Source: an uncultured Chthonomonadaceae bacterium
GTDB lineage: Bacteria; Armatimonadota; Chthonomonadetes; Chthonomonadales; CAJBBX01
Reading direction: 5' to 3'
Length of the DNA stretch: 64,000 nucleotides
NCBI GenBank assembly: GCA_964396385.1
Contig: CAYNFH010000003.1
Span: forward strand, 12,178 to 76,177
Below, in pieces: positions 25,528 to 34,786 of the stretch. A model generated the notes under the pieces. The model was not told the DNA's origin, did not search any database, and saw only the letters and a list, made by a program, of their open reading frames with translations. The position numbers and the translations under genes are program-made. How positions within the stretch are numbered: the stretch's first letter is position 1; each line of letters starts with the position of its first letter.

Positions 25528-27159
25528 GTGGCGAGGCATTCTATGCACCAGAACGAGGAGATTCCGTGCGCGCGGTCTGAGCCGGCGGACATAGAGGACG
25601 TGGCCATCTCTCGGCTGCTGGAGTACGCGGGAGAGCTCGCCAGGTGGCAGCATCGGGGCGAAAGCGAAACCTGTTCGGAGCTGCCGAGCCGTATAGGGTC
25701 GTTGCTGGACCTCGTGTCGCGGGACGGGGAGTTGGCGGAGTTCCTGGAGACCCTGCCGCAGTCGCTGGGCAGCGGTCTGCTCTTGCCTACCATCTTCCGC
25801 AGCCTGTTTCCCGCGGAGCCACAGCCCATCGCCGTTCCGCGTATGGAGAGTGGACCGCCAAGACTGGCCCCGCGGGAGTTGCAGATTCTCGGGGCAATCG
25901 CGGAGGGGAAGTCCAGGAATCAGATAGCGCGCGAGCTTTCGCTCGAGGTGAGCACAGTGAGGTCCTACTTCGATAGTATCTTCGAAAAGCTGGAGGCGAC
26001 GAGCTCGCTGGATGCTGCTGCGCGAGGCGCGGCACTGGGACTTGTGCCGTTCGACCCCGTTGACCTCGTCCGGCCGGTGGCGGACGGGAGGGCGCTGGAC
26101 TTCAACCATTTCAGCTATCTCCTCGTTGGGAGAGAAACTCTGCTCCAGGGAGGAGAAGACACGGTGAGCCTATGGCGGCAGCGGCTTGCCGCCGTCGGGC
26201 TGTTGCTCTTCTTATTTGCCGCCGCACTCCAATACCCGCCAGTTTCACGCGCCGCCATGGCAGTAACGTCACATCAGCACGGCTACGTGCTCGAATACAC
26301 GCCGGAGGGCAAACTTGTTCACCGCTTCAACGCAGGTGGGCAACTGCGATATCCTCGGGCGCTGGCCGTCTGCCCACCTGCCGGTGAATATCACGGATTC
26401 GCAAAGGGAAACCTCTTCGTCCTCGACAACGGCAGCGGCCCGGATTGGCTCAACCCGAGCAGCGTTACGGAAACCACCACAACCGGAGAGTACGTCCGCT
26501 CATTCACGGGAGGGCGATATCTCAGTAACAGGCTGACTGCGGACTTTGGCCTGGCGTTCACCGCGGACGGCCGCTTATTAGCTGCCAGTGGGGACATGAC
26601 CGACGCGATCCTTGAGTTCACCGAAGGCGGCAGGGCGGTCCGCCGGTTTGCCAACCTGGTTCCGTACGGCGGAGTTGCCACGGACCGGAAGGGGCACGTC
26701 TACGTGGCCGGAGGACGATGGGACCGGAATCCGGTGCACGTATTTAGCGCCGGGGGCCGGCTCTTGAGGACCGTGGGCAACGGCGACGGCAGTGCCATTG
26801 GGGTCGGAGCCTACAAAGGCGTTGCCGTAGACCACCTGGGTAGCCTCTACGTCGCGAATCTGGAGAACCGGGTTATTGAAGTATACGATGGGAGAGGCCG
26901 GCTCACGCGCTGCATTGGCCAAGGTCTGCTCCACTATCCCTCCTACATGGCGCTCAGCAGTGATGGGCGGCTGTACGTCCTGGATGACGCCAGTGTCGAT
27001 GGAGCTGAGTTACACAATACTGGCCGGCGGACCGTTCAGGTCTTCGACAGCTCAGGTGGCGGCTTTCTCTACTCGTTCACTGCTCCTCCCCGCATCCGAT
27101 TCACCAACCTCACCATCGGTCCCACCGGAAACCTCCTCATAGCGGGATACCGGGAGTAG
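25528..27159 (+). CDS. Membrane-anchored LuxR-HTH / TM / NHL-like beta-propeller regulator (paralog of 9068..10750)
   Basis: HTH is LAPRELQILGAIAEGKSRNQIARELSLEVSTVRSYFDSIFEKL. TM segment is LAAVGLLLFLFAAAL. The block LTADFGLAFTADGRLLAASG aligns with LTADSSLAFAADGRLLATTG of the paralog. Confidence 0.75.
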   Translation: MARHSMHQNEEIPCARSEPADIEDVAISRLLEYAGELARWQHRGESETCSELPSRIGSLLDLVSRDGELAEFLETLPQSLGSGLLLPTIFRSLFPAEPQPIAVPRMESGPPRLAPRELQILGAIAEGKSRNQIARELSLEVSTVRSYFDSIFEKLEATSSLDAAARGAALGLVPFDPVDLVRPVADGRALDFNHFSYLLVGRETLLQGGEDTVSLWRQRLAAVGLLLFLFAAALQYPPVSRAAMAVTSHQHGYVLEYTPEGKLVHRFNAGGQLRYPRALAVCPPAGEYHGFAKGNLFVLDNGSGPDWLNPSSVTETTTTGEYVRSFTGGRYLSNRLTADFGLAFTADGRLLAASGDMTDAILEFTEGGRAVRRFANLVPYGGVATDRKGHVYVAGGRWDRNPVHVFSAGGRLLRTVGNGDGSAIGVGAYKGVAVDHLGSLYVANLENRVIEVYDGRGRLTRCIGQGLLHYPSYMALSSDGRLYVLDDASVDGAELHNTGRRTVQVFDSSGGGFLYSFTAPPRIRFTNLTIGPTGNLLIAGYRE

Positions 27160-27275
27160 AGACACTCCACCCTGCCACAGTTGTCTACCAGCCTCAATAC
27201 GGAATAGACGGGCCAGTTGCCTGCCTCTTATGCTGATTCGTCAACTACTGATCTCAGCAAAGGAGGAAGTCTCAC

Positions 27276-28565
27276 ATGCGTACAACCCTTTGGAATCTCG
27301 CTCGCTGCGTCCTGCTGGTTGCGGTTGTGTCCATGGCGCAATCCCCCTGCTGCCTGTCACAAGCGGCTGTTGCCTGGGGAGGCAACGTAAACGGCCAGCT
27401 CGGGGATGGAACCAACACGAACCGAAGCGCTCCGGTCCAGGTGAGGGATCCCGGCGATCCCACCGGCTTCCTGCAGAACGCCGCCGCCATTAGCTGCTAC
27501 GGGTTCCACAGCGTGGCGCTCAGGACGGACGGCACCGTTTGGACGTGGGGGCTCAACAACTACGGCCAGCTCGGAGACGGAACTTCGACGGATCGGAATA
27601 CGCCGGTGCAGGTAATCGACCCGACCGATCCAACGGGCTTCCTGCAAAACGTGGTGAGCGTGGCGACGGGCGGCTACCATACGCTCGTCGTGAAGGCGGA
27701 CGGCACCGTGTGGGCCTGGGGCAACAATAACTTTGGCCAGCTAGGCAACGGCACGACGGTCAACAGCAGGGTCCCTGTGCGGGTACTGGATTCCGCCGAC
27801 CCGTCTGGCTTCCTGCAGAATGTGTCCGGAGTAGCCGGTGGCGACGCGCAGACGGTAGCCGTAAAGACAGATGGGACCGTGTGGACCTGGGGAGCCAATA
27901 GCTATGGTCAGTTGGGAGACGGCACCACCACGGGCCGCTCCACACCGGTGCAGGTGAAGGACCTCAACGATCCATCCGGGTACCTCCAGAACGCGGTGTA
28001 CGTCCAGGGTGGGGCGTATCAGGCACTCGCTCTGCTGGCAGACGGGACGGTCCGCGGATGGGGCAGGAACGATGAGGGCGAGCTGGGAGACGGCACCTTC
28101 ATGAGCCGGACCTCCGCCGTACAGACGATAGACCCGACAGACCCCAGCGGATTCCTGCAAAACGTATCGGTGCTCTCGGGAGGGGCGTCCCACGGCGTTG
28201 TGCTGAAGGGAGACGGCACCGTCTGGGCGTGGGGCCACAATGGACTGGGCCAGCTCGGCGATGGCACTACCACCTTCCGCAACTCCCCCGTGCAGGTTAA
28301 GGATCCAGGCGATCCAAGCGGGTTTATTCAGGGCGTCGCGAACCTAAACGTGGCGGGTGCGGGCTACCACAGCCTTGCCATCAAGGCAGATGGGACGGCC
28401 TGGGCATGGGGAGACAACGACCACGGTCAGCTTGGGGATGGCACCACTGCCAACCGGCCCACTCCTGTTCAGGTCACGAACCCCTCGGACCCGACCGGAT
28501 TCCTTCAGGGTGTGACGGCTCTGGCAGAGGGCGTCTACCACAACCTGGGTACCGTTACACCTTAG
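27276..28565 (+). CDS. Secreted RCC1-repeat beta-propeller protein
   Basis: Signal peptide, then seven repeats of the form WGxNxxGQLGDGTxxxRxxPVQV. Confidence 0.88.
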   Translation: MRTTLWNLARCVLLVAVVSMAQSPCCLSQAAVAWGGNVNGQLGDGTNTNRSAPVQVRDPGDPTGFLQNAAAISCYGFHSVALRTDGTVWTWGLNNYGQLGDGTSTDRNTPVQVIDPTDPTGFLQNVVSVATGGYHTLVVKADGTVWAWGNNNFGQLGNGTTVNSRVPVRVLDSADPSGFLQNVSGVAGGDAQTVAVKTDGTVWTWGANSYGQLGDGTTTGRSTPVQVKDLNDPSGYLQNAVYVQGGAYQALALLADGTVRGWGRNDEGELGDGTFMSRTSAVQTIDPTDPSGFLQNVSVLSGGASHGVVLKGDGTVWAWGHNGLGQLGDGTTTFRNSPVQVKDPGDPSGFIQGVANLNVAGAGYHSLAIKADGTAWAWGDNDHGQLGDGTTANRPTPVQVTNPSDPTGFLQGVTALAEGVYHNLGTVTP

Positions 28566-28639
28566 ATGGATCCACTCAGCCGGCGCCGGGCCATGAGAAT
28601 CTCGCGGCCCCCCCTGTCTTGCGGGGAGGCCCAACTCTG

Positions 28640-28780
28640 TCAGGCCGCTAACACGCTTGCGGGGTCTATGGCGGTTACGGCGGGATAGCGGGTGAAGTCA
28701 GTAGTATTGAAGGTGAGCAGGTAGGTGACGCCGTAAACGAGCAGCACGGCCACCAGACGGGCGTCGTGCGCCTGCCGTGG
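28640..28780 (-). pseudogene. C-terminal remnant of a PIN-domain (VapC) toxin
   Basis: My translation PRQAHDARLVAVLLVYGVTYLLTFNTTDFTRYPAVTAIDPASVLAA* matches the conserved VapC tail (HDAxIVA...LLTFNxxDFxR). It lies in frame immediately after the TAG of the dehydrogenase gene. Confidence 0.55.
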
Positions 28781-29866
28781 CTAGGACTGGATTCCGGCGA
28801 CTTCGGTGCAGGAGCGCTGGGAGGAGGAGGAATCCTCCTCGTGGTGGGTGGCGCCATCGGCGCCCACGCGATGGGTGGGTTTGCCCCGTCGGAACGCGCG
28901 GATATTGCCGATGGTGGTGTCCAGGATGCGCTGGATGGCCTCCACGCTGTCCGAAGCGATGTGTGGGGTGATCAGCACGTCCGGGCGGCGCAGGAGGATC
29001 TGGTTGCGCAGAGCCACCTCCAGACTGTGCCGGCTCGCCTCCGGGTTGCCGAGGAGCTGCTGCTCGTCGCTCAGGTTCTCCTCTCCTTCCAGAACGTCCA
29101 GGCCCGCGCCGGCCAGGGTGCCCCTGTCCAGAGCCTCCACGAGGGCGGCCGAATCCACCAGCGCACCGCGCGCAGTGTTGATGAGGAGAGCGCCTCGCTT
29201 GAACAGCTCAATGTTGTGGAAGCCAATGAGGTGATGGCTCTCCGGCGTGAGCGAGGCATGGAGTGTAACGATGTCCGAGCGGCGAAGCAGGTCCTCCAGT
29301 GCGGTGTAGGTGAACCCCGCGCGCCGGGCCAGGTCCGGCTTCTGAACCGGATCCGACGCAAGCACCCCCATCCCGAACCCCTGCGCCATCTGAACTACGA
29401 ACCGGCCGATGTGCCCCACCCCAACCACGCCCAGGGTCTTGCCACGCAGGTCGAAGCCGCGGAGACCTTCCATGGAGAAGTCACCTGCGCTGGTGCGCGT
29501 ATTGGCCGTACAGATATTGCGGGAAAGCGCCAGGATGAGCGCAAAGGTGTGCTCGGCCACGGTATTCTCGCCGTAGCTCGGCACGTTGCTCACCACGATG
29601 CCTCGCTGGGCGGCGGCCGCCACGTCGATATGCTCGAACCCCGTGGAGCGGGTAGCGATCAGCTTCAGATTGGGTAGCGACTCGATCACGCCGGCCGACA
29701 CTCTGGAGGTGACCGAGGTAGACAGAACGTCGGCGTGCTGCCCCATATCCGGAACCTGAGCCGGCCGCGTTAGGGGCTCCTCGAAGCTGTGGATGACTTC
29801 ATCCTGGAGGTGATTCTCCAGGTAGCGACGCTTCTCGGCGTCTGCCTCAAACGCATAGATACTCAT
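28781..29866 (-). CDS. D-isomer-specific 2-hydroxyacid dehydrogenase (NAD-binding)
   Basis: Start MSIYAFE at 29866. Carries GKTLGVVGVGHIGRFV (the GxGxxG motif), INTARGALVD and ITPHIAS. A non-conserved tail of about 30 aa follows. Confidence 0.88.
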   Translation of the reverse strand: MSIYAFEADAEKRRYLENHLQDEVIHSFEEPLTRPAQVPDMGQHADVLSTSVTSRVSAGVIESLPNLKLIATRSTGFEHIDVAAAAQRGIVVSNVPSYGENTVAEHTFALILALSRNICTANTRTSAGDFSMEGLRGFDLRGKTLGVVGVGHIGRFVVQMAQGFGMGVLASDPVQKPDLARRAGFTYTALEDLLRRSDIVTLHASLTPESHHLIGFHNIELFKRGALLINTARGALVDSAALVEALDRGTLAGAGLDVLEGEENLSDEQQLLGNPEASRHSLEVALRNQILLRRPDVLITPHIASDSVEAIQRILDTTIGNIRAFRRGKPTHRVGADGATHHEEDSSSSQRSCTEVAGIQS

Positions 29867-29897
29867 CTGCGCACATTCTGCCGGGCTGCCGCTGGAG

Positions 29898-30290
29898 CTA
29901 GTCCAGCGCCTGGGTTTGGGAAGGAGAAGTGGTGGGCCGTGGCGGCGTAAAGTCCACCCCGGCGGGCCTCCGCGCCCTGCGGGCCGCCTGCTCCTCGGTC
30001 GGGAGCTCGCCCCTGGCAATGGCGTCCCGAACGGCCTGCGCAATGCGTTCGGCTATCTCATGCAGGCGGGCATGGCGCAGCCACTCCGTATCGAGCGGCG
30101 CATCCCCGGGATAGAAGTACGTGTAGCCGTTGGCGACGTTGCGGAACGCGATGCAGGACGGCGTGCGGGAAGACGAGCTGTGCAGGATACGGGCGTGCTC
30201 GATGATGCGCCGCACGTGATCGTCCCGGCCCCTCAATGTCTCCGCGGCCACGGTCATCACCTGATTCAGCTTGTCCCGAAGCGCCTCCAT
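29898..30290 (-). CDS. Hypothetical protein
   Basis: Start MEALRDKLNQVMTVAAETL at 30290. The 24-aa upstream extension in the track is translated hairpin repeat. Confidence 0.5.
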   Translation of the reverse strand: MEALRDKLNQVMTVAAETLRGRDDHVRRIIEHARILHSSSSRTPSCIAFRNVANGYTYFYPGDAPLDTEWLRHARLHEIAERIAQAVRDAIARGELPTEEQAARRARRPAGVDFTPPRPTTSPSQTQALD

Positions 30291-30313
30291 CGGTACTGCC
30301 CAGCCCCCAATCA

Positions 30314-30378
30314 AAGGATGAAGGATGAGGGATGAGGGATGAATCCGGAATTCATCCTTCATCCTTCATCCCTCATCC
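30314..30378. repeat. Intercistronic hairpin built of GGATGA(A/G)-type units with a GAATCCGGAATTC loop
   Basis: aaggatgaaggatgagggatgagggatgaat-ccgg-attcatccttcatccttcatccctcatcc. Confidence 0.75.
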
Positions 30379-30424
30379 GTTGTCCATGAGTATGGCGTTG
30401 AACGTGGCCTTTCGGTTCCCCGAT

Positions 30425-31516
30425 TCAGCGGCCAACGCCGAGCATTTCCGTCCGGCCGCAGCACGCCGCCATCCACTCGCGGACCGGGAAGGTTACCACC
30501 GCCCGGGCGCCGCCTCCGGATGCATTCTCCCACGCGATCTGGCCCTTCAGGTCCCAGGCTGTGAGGCTCTGGATGAGCTCCATGCCCGTGTGCCCGGCCC
30601 GGCCTGGCTGGAACCCTTCCGGTAGGCCTCGTCCGTGGTCCCGCACCTCCAGCTCGGCGGTTTCTCCGTGCAGCAGGAGGGATAGCTCGATGTCACCCTC
30701 GCCGTGCTTGGCAGCGTTGCTGATGAGCTCGGTGGCAAGCACGATGAGGGAGGTCACCTGGCGAATAGGAAGCAGGAAATCGTCCGCCGTTAACCGGAGC
30801 TCCCGTTCACCAACCACGGAGCGGGTGAGCGGCAGCAGGTCCTGCAGCGCGGTCTTCGCGCTCATCGCTTCGATGTCGCCGTTCTGCTTGGCCTCCCGGG
30901 TGAGCACCTCGTGGAGGGCGGCGAGGGAGCGGATGTGCTGGCTCAGCCGCTTGAGCTCCGCCACGGGTACCGTGTCCCCGTCCTGCATCACCTGCATGTC
31001 CACCAGCGCGGAGATTACCTGGAGGTTGTTCTTCACCCGGTGGTGCGTCTCCGCCATCGCCATTCGGAGCCGCTCCTGGATGCGCTTGCGCTCAGTCACG
31101 TCGAACACCGCGACAAGTCGGGCCTCACGAGAGCCCCAGACGATGGGCTGCGTGGTCAGCTCTACGTCGATGATAGCGCCGTCGCGCGTGCGGTGGATCC
31201 ACTCACCCCCAAAGGGCTGGTTGGCTCGGATGGCGGAGATTGCGTCCAGCAGTCTCCGCGCCTCCTCCGGTGGGCCGATGTCCAGCACCGAAAGCGCAAG
31301 GAACTCGTCCCGCGAGAAGCCGTAGTGGCGCACGGCGGCCTCGTTAACGGCGAGAAAACCGAGAGTCTGGTGGTCCAGCACCCACATGGGCAGCGGGTTG
31401 GCTTCGAAGAGGAGCTGGTACTCGCCATCTGTGGGCCGGGCGGCGCGCTGCTCGTGCAGGAGGGTGGAAAGGACGGCGATGGTGGGGTTGGGAACGGCGA
31501 CAGACGCTTCCGACAT
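30425..31516 (-). CDS. PAS-domain sensor histidine kinase (HisKA_2/HWE-like)
   Basis: PAS region is YQLLFEANPLPMWVLD...FLAVNEAAVRHYGFSRDEF. The H-box is HHRVKNNLQVISALV. The ATPase region includes NAAKHG...DHGRGLP. Confidence 0.85.
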   Translation of the reverse strand: MSEASVAVPNPTIAVLSTLLHEQRAARPTDGEYQLLFEANPLPMWVLDHQTLGFLAVNEAAVRHYGFSRDEFLALSVLDIGPPEEARRLLDAISAIRANQPFGGEWIHRTRDGAIIDVELTTQPIVWGSREARLVAVFDVTERKRIQERLRMAMAETHHRVKNNLQVISALVDMQVMQDGDTVPVAELKRLSQHIRSLAALHEVLTREAKQNGDIEAMSAKTALQDLLPLTRSVVGERELRLTADDFLLPIRQVTSLIVLATELISNAAKHGEGDIELSLLLHGETAELEVRDHGRGLPEGFQPGRAGHTGMELIQSLTAWDLKGQIAWENASGGGARAVVTFPVREWMAACCGRTEMLGVGR

Positions 31517-31795
31517 AGCAGTCTCCCTGAAATCGACGAGATAGAACTGTCCGCTCGTCGGGGAGCGCTCTGACCTATTCACCGCGCGAACGGGGACTCC
31601 TCCGCGACTTACCCCACCGCTTGCCCCTTAGAGAGGGCGAGGCAAAGCAGCGGGCATGGTGAGGTGCCTGACTCCGCGAAACTTGGTTCCGGTTTTCCTG
31701 TCTTAGAGAGAGTATCTATTCGTCGGCCGGGCTTTAGCCGTACGCCGCGCTATCCTGTTAGAAGTACCTGTTATCCGCCTTGGAAGGAGAGGGCC

Positions 31796-32101
31796 ATGAG
31801 GACCACGCGACCGAAAGTCCGGCTGATCATCCGTCGTGGACGCGCGTCTAGGCCGACCGCGGCGATAGCTTACGATACTAAGCGAGTGGAAGCCGTCGAG
31901 CGGCTGATCGCCCTCCTCGAGAGGTCGGCGTTTCCCGCTCGGCCGCACCGCATCGGTGTGCGCCCCGGGCGTGTCGATACGCGGTCGCTTCTGGAGCGGC
32001 TGAGAGCGGCCCGCGCCGTGTACGTGCTCTCCTCCGGCGTGGTGGCGCGCACCGGTCCGGGGGCGTATACGCGGGCTTCGTTGCAGGAGCTGGAAGAGTA
32101 G
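31796..32101 (+). CDS. Small hypothetical protein
   Basis: GGAGAG SD before the ATG at 31796; MRTTRPKVRLIIRRGRASRPTAAIAYDTKRVEAVERLIALLERS... Confidence 0.4.
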   Translation: MRTTRPKVRLIIRRGRASRPTAAIAYDTKRVEAVERLIALLERSAFPARPHRIGVRPGRVDTRSLLERLRAARAVYVLSSGVVARTGPGAYTRASLQELEE

Positions 32102-32305
32102 CCGGTCAGCCACGGCAGCCCGCCGGGACCATTCCCGGCAGGCTGCGAGCGTTTACCAGCGGTGACGGTAGAACCGGTGCGCGTAGAAGCCCCGGCCACG
32201 GTAGTAGCGGCCGCCTCCGATGCCGATGGAAAGGCCGAAGCTGGGCCCATAGTAGACCGGACCGTAGCAGGCCACGTAGCCGCGCGGGCGGCAGGGCGGC
32301 CGGAG

Positions 32306-32320
32306 TGAGACATTGTCTCA
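32306..32320. repeat. Palindrome TGAGACAtTGTCTCA (copy 1; same unit at 32719-32733 and, inverted, at 18754-18766)
   Basis: Read directly from the sequence. Confidence 0.85.
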
Positions 32321-32460
32321 AAATGCAAACCGGCTCGGCAGCAGCGGATCACCGCCCTTCCCCTTCGAGGGGCAGCGTTCGAGCGAGGCGGGACTCCCAC
32401 GAGCACATTTGGCTTTGGCAAGTGGTGAGAGATGGAGCTCGTCGGGGCTCGCGTGGTACC

Positions 32461-32488
32461 CCAATTTGAGGGGATCCCCTCAAATTGG
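32461..32488. repeat. Perfect 28-nt palindrome CCAATTTGAGGGGA|TCCCCTCAAATTGG
   Basis: Read directly from the sequence. Confidence 0.85.
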
Positions 32489-32718
32489 CGCGGAGGGACA
32501 TTGTATTGCGATGATGGCGTTCCACTACAATATGGCACCATGGCCTCAAATTGTAGTGATTTGCTCCCATCGCTGGACGCGCATACCTCACCTGCGACTT
32601 CCGCCTGGACGCCCGTTAGCCCGCATGAGGGTGCCGTGCGGGATGCCCCTATGCCGGGCGCGCTAACTTGCCCAGGCAGACATCCAGTGCCTGGCTCAGA
32701 TCGCCGGGTAGGACCATC

Positions 32719-32733
32719 TGAGACATTGTCTCA
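32719..32733. repeat. Palindrome TGAGACAtTGTCTCA (copy 2), followed by AATTG
   Basis: Read directly from the sequence. Confidence 0.85.
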
Positions 32734-32862
32734 AATTGAAAATAGACGGGATGTTCTGACCGGGAGAAGAGGCGGACGGGTACGGCGCTCTAGCTGTTTT
32801 CAGCAATGGTTGGCATGTGTTGGTCGATGGTTGATGGCCGGATAATTAGGACTGATAGTGCA

Positions 32863-32886
32863 AATTTGAGATCGCGATCTCAAATT
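32863..32886. repeat. Perfect 24-nt palindrome AATTTGAGATCG|CGATCTCAAATT
   Basis: Read directly from the sequence. Confidence 0.85.
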
Positions 32887-33011
32887 GTAAACGCGATGAA
32901 CCTGTTAGACGTTTCCCAGCTTCTGGTGTTGTTCCGGCGGAGGGCAAAGGACAGAAGCGCCCGCCCCGTACAGCGTGCTAGAATAGCGTAGCACTCCTAC
33001 CAGGCAACCCT

Positions 33012-33587
33012 ATGTCCAGACCCGGCCGCTGCATACCTCTCCTATTTGCGCTGGTTTGCGCCTGCACGGCGGCTGCCGCACTGCAGAAAGGGCGAAAGCC
33101 CGCTCCGCCGCCGCTGGCGCGACCGTTTGCGCTGGCGGACGTGGAGGGCAAGCGGCACGCGCTGGCGGACTACCGCGGCAAGCCGGTGGCGCTCCAGTTC
33201 TGGTGCGGGTGCCAGTGGTGCCATGACATGGCCAAGCTGTGGGGACAGGCGCAGCGCTCCGGCGCCCTCCAGGTGGGCGGGCAGATTCCCCCTACGCTGG
33301 TGGTCTTCGCGGGCAGCGCAGATGAGCTGAAGGGCTTTGCGACGGAGACGGGGCTCGATCCCGCCACCACGGTGCTGATGCCGGACCCGGACCTGGCGGT
33401 AGCGCAGCCGTACCACGCCGTTCCCTGCCCGCGCGTGTTTGTGCTGGATTCGGGCGGCCGGATCCGGTATACGAACAACCGCGCGGATGACGCCGCGCGC
33501 AAGGGCCCCGCTGCGCTCATCACTGGCCGCGCAGCGGACGCTCTCCAGGGTTTGAAGCCGCTTGCCGCGAAGGGCAAAAAGGGATGA
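33012..33587 (+). CDS. Secreted thioredoxin-fold (TlpA/redoxin-like) protein with an atypical CGCQWC motif
   Basis: Signal peptide, then FALADVEGKRHALADYRGKPVALQFWCGCQWCHD and PRVFVLDSGGRIRY. Confidence 0.7.
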   Translation: MSRPGRCIPLLFALVCACTAAAALQKGRKPAPPPLARPFALADVEGKRHALADYRGKPVALQFWCGCQWCHDMAKLWGQAQRSGALQVGGQIPPTLVVFAGSADELKGFATETGLDPATTVLMPDPDLAVAQPYHAVPCPRVFVLDSGGRIRYTNNRADDAARKGPAALITGRAADALQGLKPLAAKGKKG

Positions 33588-33655
33588 CCAGCAGAGTACA
33601 CCGCCGGTGCCCGGCGACTAATGTCGCGGGCAACAGGAACAGAAAGTCCACCTTC

Positions 33656-34786
33656 ATGGACTCTGGATTCCGATTCCGCGCAGGCGGACTTCGCGTGTTT
33701 GTTGCCGCCATTTCAATCTCCGCCTTGTCCACGAGTGCCGTCGCCCAGACGTCGCCATCGGGGCTGGTAGTGGAGGGGAAGGACGGCGTGATCGTCTACG
33801 GCCCCACACGGGCCCTGTTCGACTTCGGCACGGTGGACCCGCTCACCACGCCCAGGCTGGAGCACCTGTTCACGCTGAAGAACGGCGGAACGGCGACGCT
33901 CACGGTGGGCAACCTGATGCCTTCCTGCGGGTGCACCACGGCTCTGATCGGATCCGGAGACGAGCAGTCCCGCACGCTGGCGCCGGGCGCGGAGGCGAGC
34001 GTGCGCACGGTCTTAGACGTGGCCCACAGCTTCGGAGGAATGCTGGACAAGTACGTGACGGTCTACCTGCAGGGCCAGAGTGTACCGGCCGCCGTCCTGG
34101 AGCTGCGAGTAAACGTGCGGCCGCTAATCAGCTTCTCCAGACCGCTCATCGGGTTCGGGCAGGTGCCGACGGGGGAAACCAGAAGCATTGACCTTACGGC
34201 TACGGTGGATGCCCGGCTGGCGTCTGGCGGCGTGCTGCCGAAGCTGGCATCGAGCGATCCGGACGTTACGGTAGCCCCCTCCGGCGGGCAGACAGAGACC
34301 CTGCGGGACGGTAAGCCGATGCTCGCGCAGTCCTACACGTGCACGGTCTCCCCGCACGCGCACCTGGGAGTGCTGAACGGAACCGTCTACTTTCTCGTCC
34401 GCCCCTCCACGACGCCCCGCCCGGAGGACGCGCTTGCGAGCTTCTCCGTCCCGTTCAGCGGCGAAGTCACGGGGAAGATCTCTGCTGCTCCCGCCACGGT
34501 CATGTTCGGGGCCGCCGCGGTGGGCCGGGAGGTGACGCGAACGGTGACCATCACAGGCGTCAATCCCGAAGCCGTGCGCGGGCTGCACTTAGGTGACCCC
34601 GGCCCATGGCTTACGGCGAAGATGGAGCCGCCCGCAGCCGACCGGCCGAACCAGGCGGCGCTCCAGGTCACGCTCACCAGCCACGCGCCTACCGGAAGCA
34701 TCCAGTCCCACGTCGACATAACGACTACGGACGGGCAGCGGCTCGTAGTGCCGGTTATCGCCTACGTCGTACCCGTCCCGAAGTGA
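33656..34786 (+). CDS. DUF1573-domain secreted protein
   Basis: Start MDSGFRFRAGGLRVFVAAISISALSTSAVAQ. Hallmark FDFGTVDPLTTPRLEHLFTLKNGGTATLTVGNLMPSCGCTTA. Confidence 0.8.
   Translation: MDSGFRFRAGGLRVFVAAISISALSTSAVAQTSPSGLVVEGKDGVIVYGPTRALFDFGTVDPLTTPRLEHLFTLKNGGTATLTVGNLMPSCGCTTALIGSGDEQSRTLAPGAEASVRTVLDVAHSFGGMLDKYVTVYLQGQSVPAAVLELRVNVRPLISFSRPLIGFGQVPTGETRSIDLTATVDARLASGGVLPKLASSDPDVTVAPSGGQTETLRDGKPMLAQSYTCTVSPHAHLGVLNGTVYFLVRPSTTPRPEDALASFSVPFSGEVTGKISAAPATVMFGAAAVGREVTRTVTITGVNPEAVRGLHLGDPGPWLTAKMEPPAADRPNQAALQVTLTSHAPTGSIQSHVDITTTDGQRLVVPVIAYVVPVPK

Noticed and set aside
32153-32275. Possible ~40-aa Gly/Tyr/Arg-rich peptide on the minus strand (...YYGPSFGLSIGIGGGRYYRGRGFYAHRFYRHRW*), sharing RYYRG with the secreted RDY-repeat protein
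   Set aside because: Only a weak internal GTG is available, with no SD and no signal peptide. It lies inside the palindrome island where all frames are open. This is not enough to call a gene.
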